Source: an uncultured bacterium (GTDB taxonomy: Bacteria > Hydrogenedentota > Hydrogenedentia > Hydrogenedentales > CAITNO01). Taken from it: a stretch of 54,191 nucleotides of DNA. Below, one piece after another: positions 45,051 to 53,872 of the stretch (positions are counted from its first letter, which is position 1; every line of letters begins with the position of its first letter). Made by a program: the position numbers and the translations under genes. The stretch covers positions 1 to 54,191 of the forward strand of contig CALDSM010000905.1 in NCBI GenBank assembly GCA_937923585.1. Direction: 5' to 3'. Below the pieces are notes generated by a model that saw only the letters and a program-made list of their open reading frames with translations, searched no databases and had not been told where the DNA came from.

Positions 45051-47918
45051 CTATGGTCTTCGCTCGGAGGCGGTAAGCAGTACCATCAGACCCGGCCCGC
45101 CCAAAAGGAAATCACCGAAAGCTTCCTTCGCCTTGTCGAGCATGAACACGCGCTTGCCGCCGGAACATCCCGCCGCGCAACCGCATCCGGTGTGTTTCGG
45201 GCCGGAAGACACGACCAGGCTCACCTGCGCGCCGACCTCAACAGACGTGCCTGCCGGCGGTTCCTGGCGGATGACCTGTCCCGCCGGGACGGTGTCGCTG
45301 TTCTCTTCCGCCTCCGAATGCGTCAGGCCCAGGACGGCCAGCGCCGATTGCGCCTGTTCCGTCGTCATGCCGGAAACATCGGGCACGGTGACTTGTTGCC
45401 GGACAAAGGTGGCCGTCACGGTGGTGGCCGCCGTGACACCGGAGAGAATGTACGGCTCGTGCGCGGTGATGCTGCCGCTGGTTGCCGTCACGTCCGCGAT
45501 GTCGTATCCGCTGCCTGCGGTGACCGTCAGCCTCGCAGTCTCGCCGGTCAGGATCGTTTCGGGGCCGCTCACCGTGCCGCCCCCGGCAGGCGCGGCCGAA
45601 TAGGTCACCGCGTTGGTGTTCGCGGCAAAGGTTGCCCGCACGGTTGTGTCCGCCGTCACGTTGGACAGGACATACGGTGCTGTGGCCGTGATGCTGCCTC
45701 TCGACACCGTCACCGACACGAGGGTGTAGCCGGGCTGCGGCGTCACCGAAAGGGTTGCCGACTCGCCGGTCAAAATGGTCGCAGGGCCGGTTACAGTCCC
45801 ACCTGCGGAGGGCATGGCCAGGTAGGTGACCAAGTGGGGCTTCGGGTCGAACGTCGCCGTGACGGTCGTGTCCGCAGTCACATTGGAGAGGATGTATGGG
45901 GCGCCCGCGGTGACATTGCCGTTCGTTGCGGTCACGCTGGCGATGCCGTAGCCCGTGTTCGCGGTGACCGCCACCGTCGCCGTGCCCGTGCCGTCCTGAA
46001 TGCTTTCCGGTCCGCTCACGGTCCCGCCCCCGGTGGGCGCAGAGATGTAGGCCACCGTGTGGCTGTCCATGGCAAAGGTTGCCGTAACCGTCGTGTCCGC
46101 CGTCACGTTCGACAGCATGTACGGGGCGCCGGCCGACACCGTGCCGTTTGAAGCCGCCACGCTGACGATGCTGTAGCCGGGATTCGCGTTGACCGTCAAC
46201 GTCGCCGTGCCGTCGGTCAAAAGCACCGCGGGACCGGTCACCGTTCCGCCCGCGGATGGCACGACCGAATAGACAACGGTGTGGCTGTCGGCCGCGAAGG
46301 TCGCCGTCACGATCATGTCAGTGGTCACATTCGACAGCACATACGGCGCGGTCGCCGTGATACTGCCGTTCGATGCCATTACGCCGGCAACGCTGTAACC
46401 CGGGCTTGCGGTCACGGTAAGTGTCGCCGTGCCGCCGGTCAAGATGGTTGCAGGACCGGTCGCCGTCCCGCCCGCAGGCGGCGTGGCCGAATAGGCCACC
46501 GTGTTCGTGTTTGCGGTGAAGGTCGCCGTCACGGTCGTGTCCGCGGTCACATTCGACAGCACATACGGTGCGCTCGACGTGATGCTTCCGTTCGTCGCGG
46601 TGACGCCCGCGATGCTGTATCCCGCGTTTGCGGTCACCGTGAGCATCGCCGTGCCGCCCGTCAAGATCGTCTCCGGCCCCAACACCGCGCCGCCCGGGGA
46701 CGGCACGGCCGAATAGCGCACCCTGTTGGTGTTCGGGGTGAATGCTGCAATTACGATTGTGGCCGCCGTCACATCCGACAGCATGTACGGCGCGGTCGCC
46801 GTGACGCTTCCGTTCGTCGCGCTCACGCCGGTCAGGGTGTAACCGGGATTCGCAGTCACCGTGAGCGTCGCCGTGTCACCGGTGAGAATCGTCGCGGGTC
46901 CGGTCACCGTGCCGGTTGCGGGTGGTGCCGCTGAATATCCCACCGCATTGGTGTTTGCCGTGAAGGTCGCGGTCACCGTCGTGTCCGACGTCACATTCGA
47001 CAGCACATAGGGCGCGTTCGGCGTGATGTCCCCGTTGGTCGCCGTCACACCGACAATGCTGTAACCTGCATTCGCGGCAACCGTGAGCGTCGCCGTGTCA
47101 CCGGTGAGAATCGCCGGGGGACCCGTCACCGTGCCGCCTGGGGAAGGGGCGGCCGAATAATTCACGGCATTGTTCTTCGCCGTGAAGATGGCCGTGACGG
47201 TTGTGTCCGTCGTGACGCTGGACAGCACATAGGGCGTGGTCGCTGTGACGCTGCCGTTCGACGCTGTCACGCTCGCGATGCGGTAGCCGGCATGGGCCGT
47301 CACTGAGAGCGTCGCCGTGCCGCCCGTCAGAATCGTCGCGGGTCCGGTCACCGTGCCGTGCGCGGACGGACCCGCCACGTAGGTCACCGCGTTGCTTCGC
47401 GCCGTGAAGGTCGCGGTCACGGTCGTGTCCGCCGTCACGTTCGACAGGATGTACGGCGCGTCCGCCGAAACCGTTCCGTTCGACGCCGTCACGCCGGCGA
47501 TACTGTAGCCGGGGTTCGCAGTGACCGTGAGTGTTGCCGTGCCCGCAGTGTCTTCAATGACCGCCGGGCCGGTCACTGTGCCGCCTGCGGAGGGAGACGC
47601 CGCATAGCGTATCGCGAAAGACTGCGGCCCCCTGCTCACGGTCAGTTCAACGGTGGAATCAAACCCCACCTGTGTGCCCGCCGGCGGAAACTGTGAAATC
47701 ACAAGACCCGCGGGAACGGTCACGCTGTACACCTCCGTCACCGTGCCCACCGCGAGACCCGCACCGGTGATGGCCGTGGTCGCCGCCGCCAGTGTCTGAC
47801 CCGTTGCCGCCGGCACAATCGCAAACGTGTCGGCCGATGCGCCGTCCCGTCCTGATACCACACAGGCAACCAAGAGCAACCCCGCCGCAAACGCATGCCT
47901 GCCCAAACGCTTGGCCAT
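45051..47918 (-). CDS. Giant secreted repeat protein: signal peptide, PASTA, 10 InlB-B-type repeats, PASTA, Cys-motif C-terminal tail
   Basis: Signal MAKRLGRHAFAAGLLLVACVVSG. Ten ~74-aa units of the form Y.A.P..GGTVTGPA.ILTG.TATLTVTAN.GY.I.GVTA.NGS.T...PY.LSNVTADTTVTATF. C-terminal PASTA VPDVSGMTTEQAQSALAVLGLTHSEAEENSDTVPAGQVIRQEPPAGTSVEVGAQVSLVVSSGP. Tail KHTGCGCAAGCSGG...GDFLLGGPGLMVLLTASERRP. Confidence 0.8.
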   Translation of the reverse strand: MAKRLGRHAFAAGLLLVACVVSGRDGASADTFAIVPAATGQTLAAATTAITGAGLAVGTVTEVYSVTVPAGLVISQFPPAGTQVGFDSTVELTVSRGPQSFAIRYAASPSAGGTVTGPAVIEDTAGTATLTVTANPGYSIAGVTASNGTVSADAPYILSNVTADTTVTATFTARSNAVTYVAGPSAHGTVTGPATILTGGTATLSVTAHAGYRIASVTASNGSVTATTPYVLSSVTTDTTVTAIFTAKNNAVNYSAAPSPGGTVTGPPAILTGDTATLTVAANAGYSIVGVTATNGDITPNAPYVLSNVTSDTTVTATFTANTNAVGYSAAPPATGTVTGPATILTGDTATLTVTANPGYTLTGVSATNGSVTATAPYMLSDVTAATIVIAAFTPNTNRVRYSAVPSPGGAVLGPETILTGGTAMLTVTANAGYSIAGVTATNGSITSSAPYVLSNVTADTTVTATFTANTNTVAYSATPPAGGTATGPATILTGGTATLTVTASPGYSVAGVMASNGSITATAPYVLSNVTTDMIVTATFAADSHTVVYSVVPSAGGTVTGPAVLLTDGTATLTVNANPGYSIVSVAASNGTVSAGAPYMLSNVTADTTVTATFAMDSHTVAYISAPTGGGTVSGPESIQDGTGTATVAVTANTGYGIASVTATNGNVTAGAPYILSNVTADTTVTATFDPKPHLVTYLAMPSAGGTVTGPATILTGESATLSVTPQPGYTLVSVTVSRGSITATAPYVLSNVTADTTVRATFAANTNAVTYSAAPAGGGTVSGPETILTGETARLTVTAGSGYDIADVTATSGSITAHEPYILSGVTAATTVTATFVRQQVTVPDVSGMTTEQAQSALAVLGLTHSEAEENSDTVPAGQVIRQEPPAGTSVEVGAQVSLVVSSGPKHTGCGCAAGCSGGKRVFMLDKAKEAFGDFLLGGPGLMVLLTASERRP
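45399..47618 (-). repeat. Tandem coding repeat array (10 units of about 222 nt)
   Basis: The periodicity is visible in both the protein and the DNA (recurrent GTCACCGTGCCGCC... and GTGTCCGCCGTCACGTT... blocks). Copies are diverged, not identical. Confidence 0.8.
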
Positions 47919-48095
47919 GGCAATCACCTCTCGCCCTTTTTTGGCGGCCCCGGCAAACTCTTGCCCGCCCACATCGCGGCCCGAGCGTGCCCGTTTGGAA
48001 ACAGCCGCCTGTCCAACTGTGGCAGTTTAGCATATCGGGGTGATTTTGAAAATGGGCATTCTTCACCGGCGGGATGCAGGCTGGGAAGGGGGGGA

Positions 48096-49190
48096 TTACT
48101 TCGCCTTGCCGTCCAGAAGCTCGAAGGCCGCCTTCATGAGCAGCGGCCACACGACGGTGGCGTCGCTGAGGACTTCGGCGAACCGCCCGCCTTCGGCGGG
48201 GGGGATGAACTTGCCCCAGCTCACACCCTCGGAATAGGTGCAGCCGGACAGGCCGCCCCAGTGGACGGGTTCGGGGCAGATGCGGATGCCGTACTTGAAG
48301 CGCGGCGTGGGCAACCGGACGCCGAGGCGGTCCGCCGTGATGTCGTAGTAGGGCGCCACCTGCTGCGCCCAGTTGCGGGGCACGCCGCCGCCGATGGTGA
48401 AAATGCCGATACTTTCGGCGCGGCCGATGAACCGGGCGTACTTTTGCAGGTCGAGGAAGGGGTTGTACGGCGGAATCGCCGAAAACACCTCTTCGGGGTC
48501 CAGTGTCCGGCCGCTGTCGGCCACCCCCCGGTTTTTCAGCGCGGCACCCATGGCCCAAGTGGAGAAGTCCAGGCCCATTTCGCTGTCGGTGAAGGCGGGG
48601 ATAAACACCGGCACGTTTTGGAGGTAGGCGCTGCGCAGGATTCCCGGCCCCTGATCGCGCTGGTCCAGTTCGGCGCCGACGGCGCGGCAGAACCGGGCGG
48701 AGGACCACACGCCGTCGTCTGGCGTGGTGCTGGCCAGCACATGGGCCACCAGCTCGCACACGTCGTTGAGGTTGGATTCCATCTCCAGCGTGTCGTAGAT
48801 GCGGTTGTAGCCCTTTTCAAACAGGTCGGTGTCGTCGGCGTCGGGGCTGACGGCGTAGTGCGCCAGACCGATGGATTCGGTGAGCCCGTGGGCCATGAGC
48901 GCGCCTGTCGCGACCACGGCATGCACCAGGCCGCGGTCTATCATTTCGCAAATGAGGCGTCCCTGCTTGGCCACGGTCATCGCACCGGAAAGGGTCAGCA
49001 CCACGCGGCAGCCGGGGTCGCCCGCCATCGCGAGGAAAACGTCGAGCGCCTCGCCGAGCTGGCGCCCGCCGAAGGCCGTCTTGGCCATCGCGCGCACCAG
49101 CCCGGCGAAACTGTCTACCCGACTAAGATCGAGGCTTTCCAAAGGCATAAGGCCGTCGGAACGCCCGTCATGGAGTTGCCGGTGGTTCAA
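48096..49190 (-). CDS. Deoxyhypusine synthase-like protein (DHS / homospermidine-synthase-like family)
   Basis: 364 aa. VVLTLSGAMTVAKQG, VVATGALMAHG and FTIGGGVPRNW are colinear with DHS-family NAD-binding motifs. Confidence 0.85.
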   Translation of the reverse strand: MNHRQLHDGRSDGLMPLESLDLSRVDSFAGLVRAMAKTAFGGRQLGEALDVFLAMAGDPGCRVVLTLSGAMTVAKQGRLICEMIDRGLVHAVVATGALMAHGLTESIGLAHYAVSPDADDTDLFEKGYNRIYDTLEMESNLNDVCELVAHVLASTTPDDGVWSSARFCRAVGAELDQRDQGPGILRSAYLQNVPVFIPAFTDSEMGLDFSTWAMGAALKNRGVADSGRTLDPEEVFSAIPPYNPFLDLQKYARFIGRAESIGIFTIGGGVPRNWAQQVAPYYDITADRLGVRLPTPRFKYGIRICPEPVHWGGLSGCTYSEGVSWGKFIPPAEGGRFAEVLSDATVVWPLLMKAAFELLDGKAK

Positions 49191-49215
49191 AGGGGGACCT
49201 CTTGGGGAAACGGAA

Positions 49216-49620
49216 TCAGCAGGCTAGCGCCGGTTCCGCAGTGTGGACGGGTTCGTCCATTGGGGATGCCTCGGCCACAAAGCGGTATTCTTCGCGGACG
49301 CTGACATCGCCAAGGTCAATTTCTTCCCGGATATACCGCAGCACGTCGCGAGGTTCCGTGGACCCACAGGTGAACACGTCCATCGCGATCAGCCCCAAGT
49401 CCGCGTAAGTGTGTGCGGAGCAGTGGCTTTCGTCCAGCATGACGACGGCGGTGAAACCGGGCGGGCTGTCTTGCCCGAATTTGTACCGGATCTGGGAGAC
49501 CACGGTTGCCCCGGCCCGTTCTGCCGCACGCGCCATCGCGTTCAGCACCAGCTTGTCATCCAGACAAACTTCACGGGCCACGTTAGAACAGTCAATCAGT
49601 AGATGCTTGCCCTTGTGCAA
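49216..49620 (-). CDS. speH: Pyruvoyl-dependent S-adenosylmethionine decarboxylase-like proenzyme (small class 1 SpeH/SpeD type)
   Basis: GKHLLIDCSNV...VVMLDESHCSAHTYAD...MDVFTCG is colinear with T. maritima/B. subtilis AdoMetDC, with the E-S self-cleavage site in LDESH. TTG start with AGGAGG 8 nt upstream. Confidence 0.85.
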   Translation of the reverse strand: MHKGKHLLIDCSNVAREVCLDDKLVLNAMARAAERAGATVVSQIRYKFGQDSPPGFTAVVMLDESHCSAHTYADLGLIAMDVFTCGSTEPRDVLRYIREEIDLGDVSVREEYRFVAEASPMDEPVHTAEPALAC

Positions 49621-50205
49621 CTCATAAACCCTCCTATACGCTGTAACTCATGTTTACCGGACGGACGCACAAGCCTGAACGGTCAGGCCGCACTTCACCC
49701 GTTCGGGGGGGTCCATACACATACACTGCCAGCGGGGACACTACTCCCCAACTGGCGGTAGGCGCGATATAGTAGTGAAATCCCCCCCCAAGATCAAGCA
49801 AAATCTTCACCCCAATTTCCGTTTTCTTCCGGTGTCTGGATTTTGGCGCGCAACCTTCTGTGCCGCAACGGCTTATGTGCCGTTTCTACGCGCCGATTCT
49901 GGAGCGGCGAAAAGCGTGCAATCTCCGGAAACCGTACCGGGGGCAATAATGGGAATCATTGCCGCGCAGAAATATGGAAGGAGCGGAACCTCCTGCGGGT
50001 GGCTGGATGCATGCCCGGTGAATTCCTTTCTGGCCCAATTCATCCCTGAGACAAGGCATCCGCCTGCCGCGAACACCCTCCCTGTCGCAGCTTCTTTTGG
50101 GCGTGGATTTTGCGCCGGATCGGTTGACTCCTTGCCCGGCAGGCGGCATCTGGCATACACTGGTGCGGCCCAAAGACACGACGCCAGCATCATGGAGGCA
50201 CAGGC

Positions 50206-50820
50206 ATGCACATCACGGGACGCATTTTGACAGGTTCATTGGCAATGGTTTTCCTGCTTGTCGGGACGGCAGCCTTCACGGGCTGCGGCAAGGCGGCGCA
50301 GACGGTGACGGATAAGGCCACCGAAAAGGCCATCGAGAAGAGCATTGCCAAGGACGGCGGCACGGCGGATGTCAAACTCGACACCAAGTCGGGCACCGTG
50401 CAGGTGAAGGGAACGGATGCCTCGGGCAACGCCTATGAGGTAAAGACCGGCGGTGACAAGGACACCGTCAACTTCAAGCAAACCGGACCGGACGGCATGG
50501 AGATGCAGGTCGGCGAGGGTGCCAAGCTTCCCGCCGATTTCCCCAAGGACGTCCCGATCCTTGAAGGGCTGAAATTGCAGATGGTGCAGACCTCGGAGAA
50601 CAAAACCTTCGTGCTGCAGGGCAGCTCGACCACCCCCATTGCAAAGGCTGCGGCATTCTACAAGGAAAAGATCGCGGCACAGGGCTGGAAACAGCTAACC
50701 GTCATGGATGCGGGCGAGATGCAGACGATGCAGTATGAAAAGGACCAGCGCTCGCTGTCGGTGATGCTGATGAAGGACGGTGAAAACACCAACGTCAGCA
50801 CGCAGACGAGCCCGCAATAG
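50206..50820 (+). CDS. Lipoprotein, hypothetical
   Basis: Lipobox LLVGTAAFTGC. The 204-aa mature part is Lys/Thr/Gly-rich. No family recognised. Confidence 0.6.
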   Translation: MHITGRILTGSLAMVFLLVGTAAFTGCGKAAQTVTDKATEKAIEKSIAKDGGTADVKLDTKSGTVQVKGTDASGNAYEVKTGGDKDTVNFKQTGPDGMEMQVGEGAKLPADFPKDVPILEGLKLQMVQTSENKTFVLQGSSTTPIAKAAAFYKEKIAAQGWKQLTVMDAGEMQTMQYEKDQRSLSVMLMKDGENTNVSTQTSPQ

Positions 50821-50826
50821 AAGGGG

Positions 50827-51621
50827 TCAGCGTTTCTCCGGCTGCTTCCCGCCGAGGGCGTCCAGCAGACCGGTGACAGCCTGAGCGCCCGCCGAGTCGG
50901 GCTTCATCTTCAGAAACGAGGCCGCGGACGCCCCGCTGAACAGGCTTCCCTCATTCATCTTCAGCGTCTGCCCCACACCGTATTTCATGATGAGTTTGGC
51001 CACGTCGTCCTTGAAGAAGGTGTTTGCGATGCCGGTGGCAACTGGTCCGCCGACGTTGAGGCGGACGTTGTCGAGTTTGGCGTCCTGTGCTCGGCGCTGG
51101 GGAAGCAGGCCCAGGTCGTAGCCGTCCTTCCGAAAATCGAAGTCAAAGGGCATCACCCCGTCGCGAAAGGTTGCGCCGAGCGGAATGGTGCCGAGTTTGG
51201 TCTTGGCCTCAATGGACGCGCCCAGCGTGGAAAAGCGCATCAGCGCGGGCAGCACGGGCCGCGTTTCCATCCACTGGGGCTCCTCATCGCGGGTAAAGTC
51301 CAGGTCCTTGAAGGTAAGTTCCTTCAGATAGAGTTCAATGCCCCGCTTCTTGAGATCCTGCAAACCCAGCGGTTCCAGGGGCACCCGCTGCAGGTCGCCG
51401 GGAATTTTGACCTTCACCCCCCCGAAATGGCTTGCCTTGGCGAAAAGGCCCAGCAGGTCATACTGCTCCCGGGCCTTCTGCACAGGACCGCTCCATTCCT
51501 CGGGGTGGTAGGTCTTGGCGGGTTCGGCGGCGGGGGGCGTTGCCGCGGGTGCCGGGTCGGCGGCGATGGCGGCATGGCACGCCGACATCAGGACGATGGT
51601 AGCGACAAGCAGACGGTTCAT
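50827..51621 (-). CDS. Secreted hypothetical protein
   Basis: Signal MNRLLVATIVLMSACHAAIA. Its start overlaps the ubiE stop by 4 nt (51618-51621). Confidence 0.55.
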   Translation of the reverse strand: MNRLLVATIVLMSACHAAIAADPAPAATPPAAEPAKTYHPEEWSGPVQKAREQYDLLGLFAKASHFGGVKVKIPGDLQRVPLEPLGLQDLKKRGIELYLKELTFKDLDFTRDEEPQWMETRPVLPALMRFSTLGASIEAKTKLGTIPLGATFRDGVMPFDFDFRKDGYDLGLLPQRRAQDAKLDNVRLNVGGPVATGIANTFFKDDVAKLIMKYGVGQTLKMNEGSLFSGASAASFLKMKPDSAGAQAVTGLLDALGGKQPEKR

Positions 51622-52370
51622 TCGGTGCTCCCCGGCCCGGTGTTGGGCCGATCCCCGGTGTAAAGCGTTGCAATGCCAAAGGAGAGCTGGCTTGCCGTCA
51701 CCGCGGCAAACCCGGCCCGCTCCATCCGCTCACAAAACGCGCGGCCGTATGGGAAAGATTCCACGCTTTGGTTGAGATAACGGTAGGCCTCGGGTCTTCC
51801 GGAGACCAGCCCGCCCAGCCGGGGCAGCACATGACGAAAATAGAGGAGATAGCCGGCGCGGAGGAGTGCGTTACCGGGCAGGGAGAATTCGAGGATAACC
51901 GCGCGGCCCCCGGGACGGAGTACCCGGCGCATCTCGCGCAGCGCGGCATCCACGTCAAGCACGTTGCGGATGCCGAAAGCGATGGTCACGGCGTCGAACT
52001 GGCCGTCGGCGAAGCCAAGCCGCGTGGCGTCGGCGCACACCAGGCGCAGCACGCCGTCCAAGCCCAGTCCCGCCAGTTTCTTCGCGCCCTCGCGGAGCAT
52101 TCCCGCCGAGAAGTCCGCGCCGACGCTGCCGCGCGCCGCACATCCCGCCCGATGGGCGGCAATCAAGACATCGCAGGTGCCCGTGGCCAGGTCCAACAGG
52201 CGCGGTTGGCCGGCAGAAGGCAGCAGTGCCGTCAGCCTGCGCCGCCAGGCCACGTCACGCCGCAGCGACAGCACCCGGTTGGCCAGGTCGTAGGCCCCGG
52301 AAATCTCGTCAAACATGCGGCGCACATGCCTGCGCGAAGGGCCGCCTATGCTGTCGTTTTCAGACGACAT
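51618..52370 (-). CDS. ubiE: Demethylmenaquinone/ubiquinone C-methyltransferase (UbiE/MenG)
   Basis: 250 aa from the ATG at 52370. RRMFDEISGAYDLANRVLSL, SAM motif LLDLATGTCDV, AFGIRNV, GGRAVILEFS. The long upstream extension to 52865 is discarded. Confidence 0.88.
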   Translation of the reverse strand: MSSENDSIGGPSRRHVRRMFDEISGAYDLANRVLSLRRDVAWRRRLTALLPSAGQPRLLDLATGTCDVLIAAHRAGCAARGSVGADFSAGMLREGAKKLAGLGLDGVLRLVCADATRLGFADGQFDAVTIAFGIRNVLDVDAALREMRRVLRPGGRAVILEFSLPGNALLRAGYLLYFRHVLPRLGGLVSGRPEAYRYLNQSVESFPYGRAFCERMERAGFAAVTASQLSFGIATLYTGDRPNTGPGSTE

Positions 52371-52547
52371 GGGAGTCTTCTGTTTCCTGTTGTGGCAACT
52401 GGGAGGGCCGGTGTCTCCGCCGGCCGACTCCCGCCAAAATCTTCCATCGCAGTCACCGCCGTGACTGTAACGCAAGCGCCGGACATCGTTCAACGCGGCA
52501 ATGGTACAATGCCGGGCCGGAAGCGGGAAGTGACGAAAGGCAGGCGC

Positions 52548-53651
52548 ATGACCAGACGTGAACGGTTCTTGGAGTACATCCGAAATGGCGGCGAGCGGCC
52601 CTTCGTCTCGCTCCAAATCGGTGCCGGCGCGGGATTCGACACCAAGCTGGCCGGCAAGGAATGGGTGAGCGACACAACCGTCGAGGACACCATGCACGCC
52701 TATGAAACCGTGGGCGGCGATGCGCTGATTAACCTGCCCCTGCCCGATTTGGGCCAGGCGGTCCCTGAACGGGCCTGGAAGAGCGAGACTTCCGACGCGG
52801 ACGGCGAAAAGCGAACGCGTTCCTGGTTGGAAACGCCTTATGGAACACTGGTCTGGGAGCTGCATGAACGGCTCCGGCAGGGTTTAACGCCGGTAAAGTA
52901 CCCCGTCGCGTTCGGCGATTCGCTCGACCCGGTGCGCTGGCTGGCTGACCGGCAGTACGACGCGCTGCCCAAGGTGGCCGAACTGGTGGAACCGGTGGTG
53001 GCGAAGGTGCATCCCGAATGGCCGGTCTGCCTGCAATGGTCGGTGCAGCCCTTCGAGATGATGTGCCTGGCGACGGTGCCCGATGCGGTGATGTTTGCCA
53101 TGAGCGACCTGGACGGCTACCGCGAGTTGTGCGACCGCATCCGCGACGTGAACATTGCGCTGTGCCGCGCGGTGGTCGGTGCCGGCGCCGATTTCATTTT
53201 CCTGGGCGGGCCCGGCCGCGAGATGATGTCGCCGCTGCTTTACGAGACCTTCATGGTGCCCGACTCGCGGGCGGTCACGGCGGCGGTGCATGACGCGGGC
53301 GGTCTGGTCTATTCGCACATATGCTCGCCCGTCCAGCCCTTCCTCGACATGGGCTACTACGGGCAGATGGGCATGGACCTGTTCGAGACCTTGTCGCCGC
53401 CGCCCGTGGGCAATGTCGAGTCACTGGCCGATGCACGCGCGAAACTGCCCGCTGCGATGTGTACGCGCGGCAACATTGGGCTCGACGTGCTACTCACCTG
53501 CACGCCCGACGATGTGCGCGCAGCCACCGAACGCGTGATGGAATACACCCGCGGCACAAAGCACATGGTGGCCGCGTCCGACTATCTGTTCTACGAAATC
53601 CCGCTGGAGAACGCCAAGGCCGTGGTCGAGACGGTTGAGTCATACGGTTGA
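52548..53651 (+). CDS. Uroporphyrinogen-decarboxylase-like (URO-D / MtaA-CmuA family) protein, tentative
   Basis: 367 aa from the ATG at 52548 (MTRRERFLEYIRNGG). The family call rests only on overall resemblance (ADFIFLGGPG, SHICSP, C-terminal ...ENAKAVVETV). The upstream part of ORF 51768.. is antisense to ubiE. Confidence 0.5.
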   Translation: MTRRERFLEYIRNGGERPFVSLQIGAGAGFDTKLAGKEWVSDTTVEDTMHAYETVGGDALINLPLPDLGQAVPERAWKSETSDADGEKRTRSWLETPYGTLVWELHERLRQGLTPVKYPVAFGDSLDPVRWLADRQYDALPKVAELVEPVVAKVHPEWPVCLQWSVQPFEMMCLATVPDAVMFAMSDLDGYRELCDRIRDVNIALCRAVVGAGADFIFLGGPGREMMSPLLYETFMVPDSRAVTAAVHDAGGLVYSHICSPVQPFLDMGYYGQMGMDLFETLSPPPVGNVESLADARAKLPAAMCTRGNIGLDVLLTCTPDDVRAATERVMEYTRGTKHMVAASDYLFYEIPLENAKAVVETVESYG

Positions 53652-53654
53652 ACA

Positions 53655-53872
53655 TGCAACGGCGGGTCCTTCGCCAGTTCGTCGTGGTCGTTAAGGTCCT
53701 CATAACCCAGCGCTGTGCCATACACCCGCGTGCCGCACAAGGTCCGGCACGCCGTGCTCGACAAAGCGCGCGTCGCGGCAGTCCGTGAAACACTGCGCCA
53801 CACGCTGCGTGATGTCCAGTTTCAGGTCCAGTTCACGAAGCAGAAGCATCCCGCCGTCCGGGCTGATGGCCC
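53655..53872 (-). pseudogene. N-terminal fragment of an IS1380/IS4-like transposase (frameshifted, truncated)
   Basis: The reverse strand reads AISPDGGMLLLRELDLKLDITQRVAQCFTDCRDARFVEHGV..., then in another frame RVYGTALGYEDLNDHDELAKDPPL. Both are conserved N-terminal blocks of this transposase family. The fragment ends against the stop of the preceding gene. Confidence 0.55.

Noticed and set aside
45399-47618. Regular ~222-nt periodicity that might be mistaken for a CRISPR or satellite array
   Set aside because: The period is far too long and lacks the short repeat/spacer alternation. The array is one continuous ORF encoding protein-domain repeats.
50151-50166. TGGCAT-N5-GGTGC upstream of the lipoprotein gene as a sigma-54 promoter
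   Set aside because: The GG/GC spacing is off by one and the -12 box is poor. There is no enhancer-binding-protein gene nearby. Not supportable from sequence alone.
52371-52865. Long N-terminal extension of the ubiE ORF (track ORF 51618..52865), and the reciprocal extension of ORF 51768..53651
   Set aside because: The two extensions overlap each other antisense. UbiE homology begins at the Met at 52370 and the URO-D-like protein at the Met at 52548. The extensions carry no conserved sequence.
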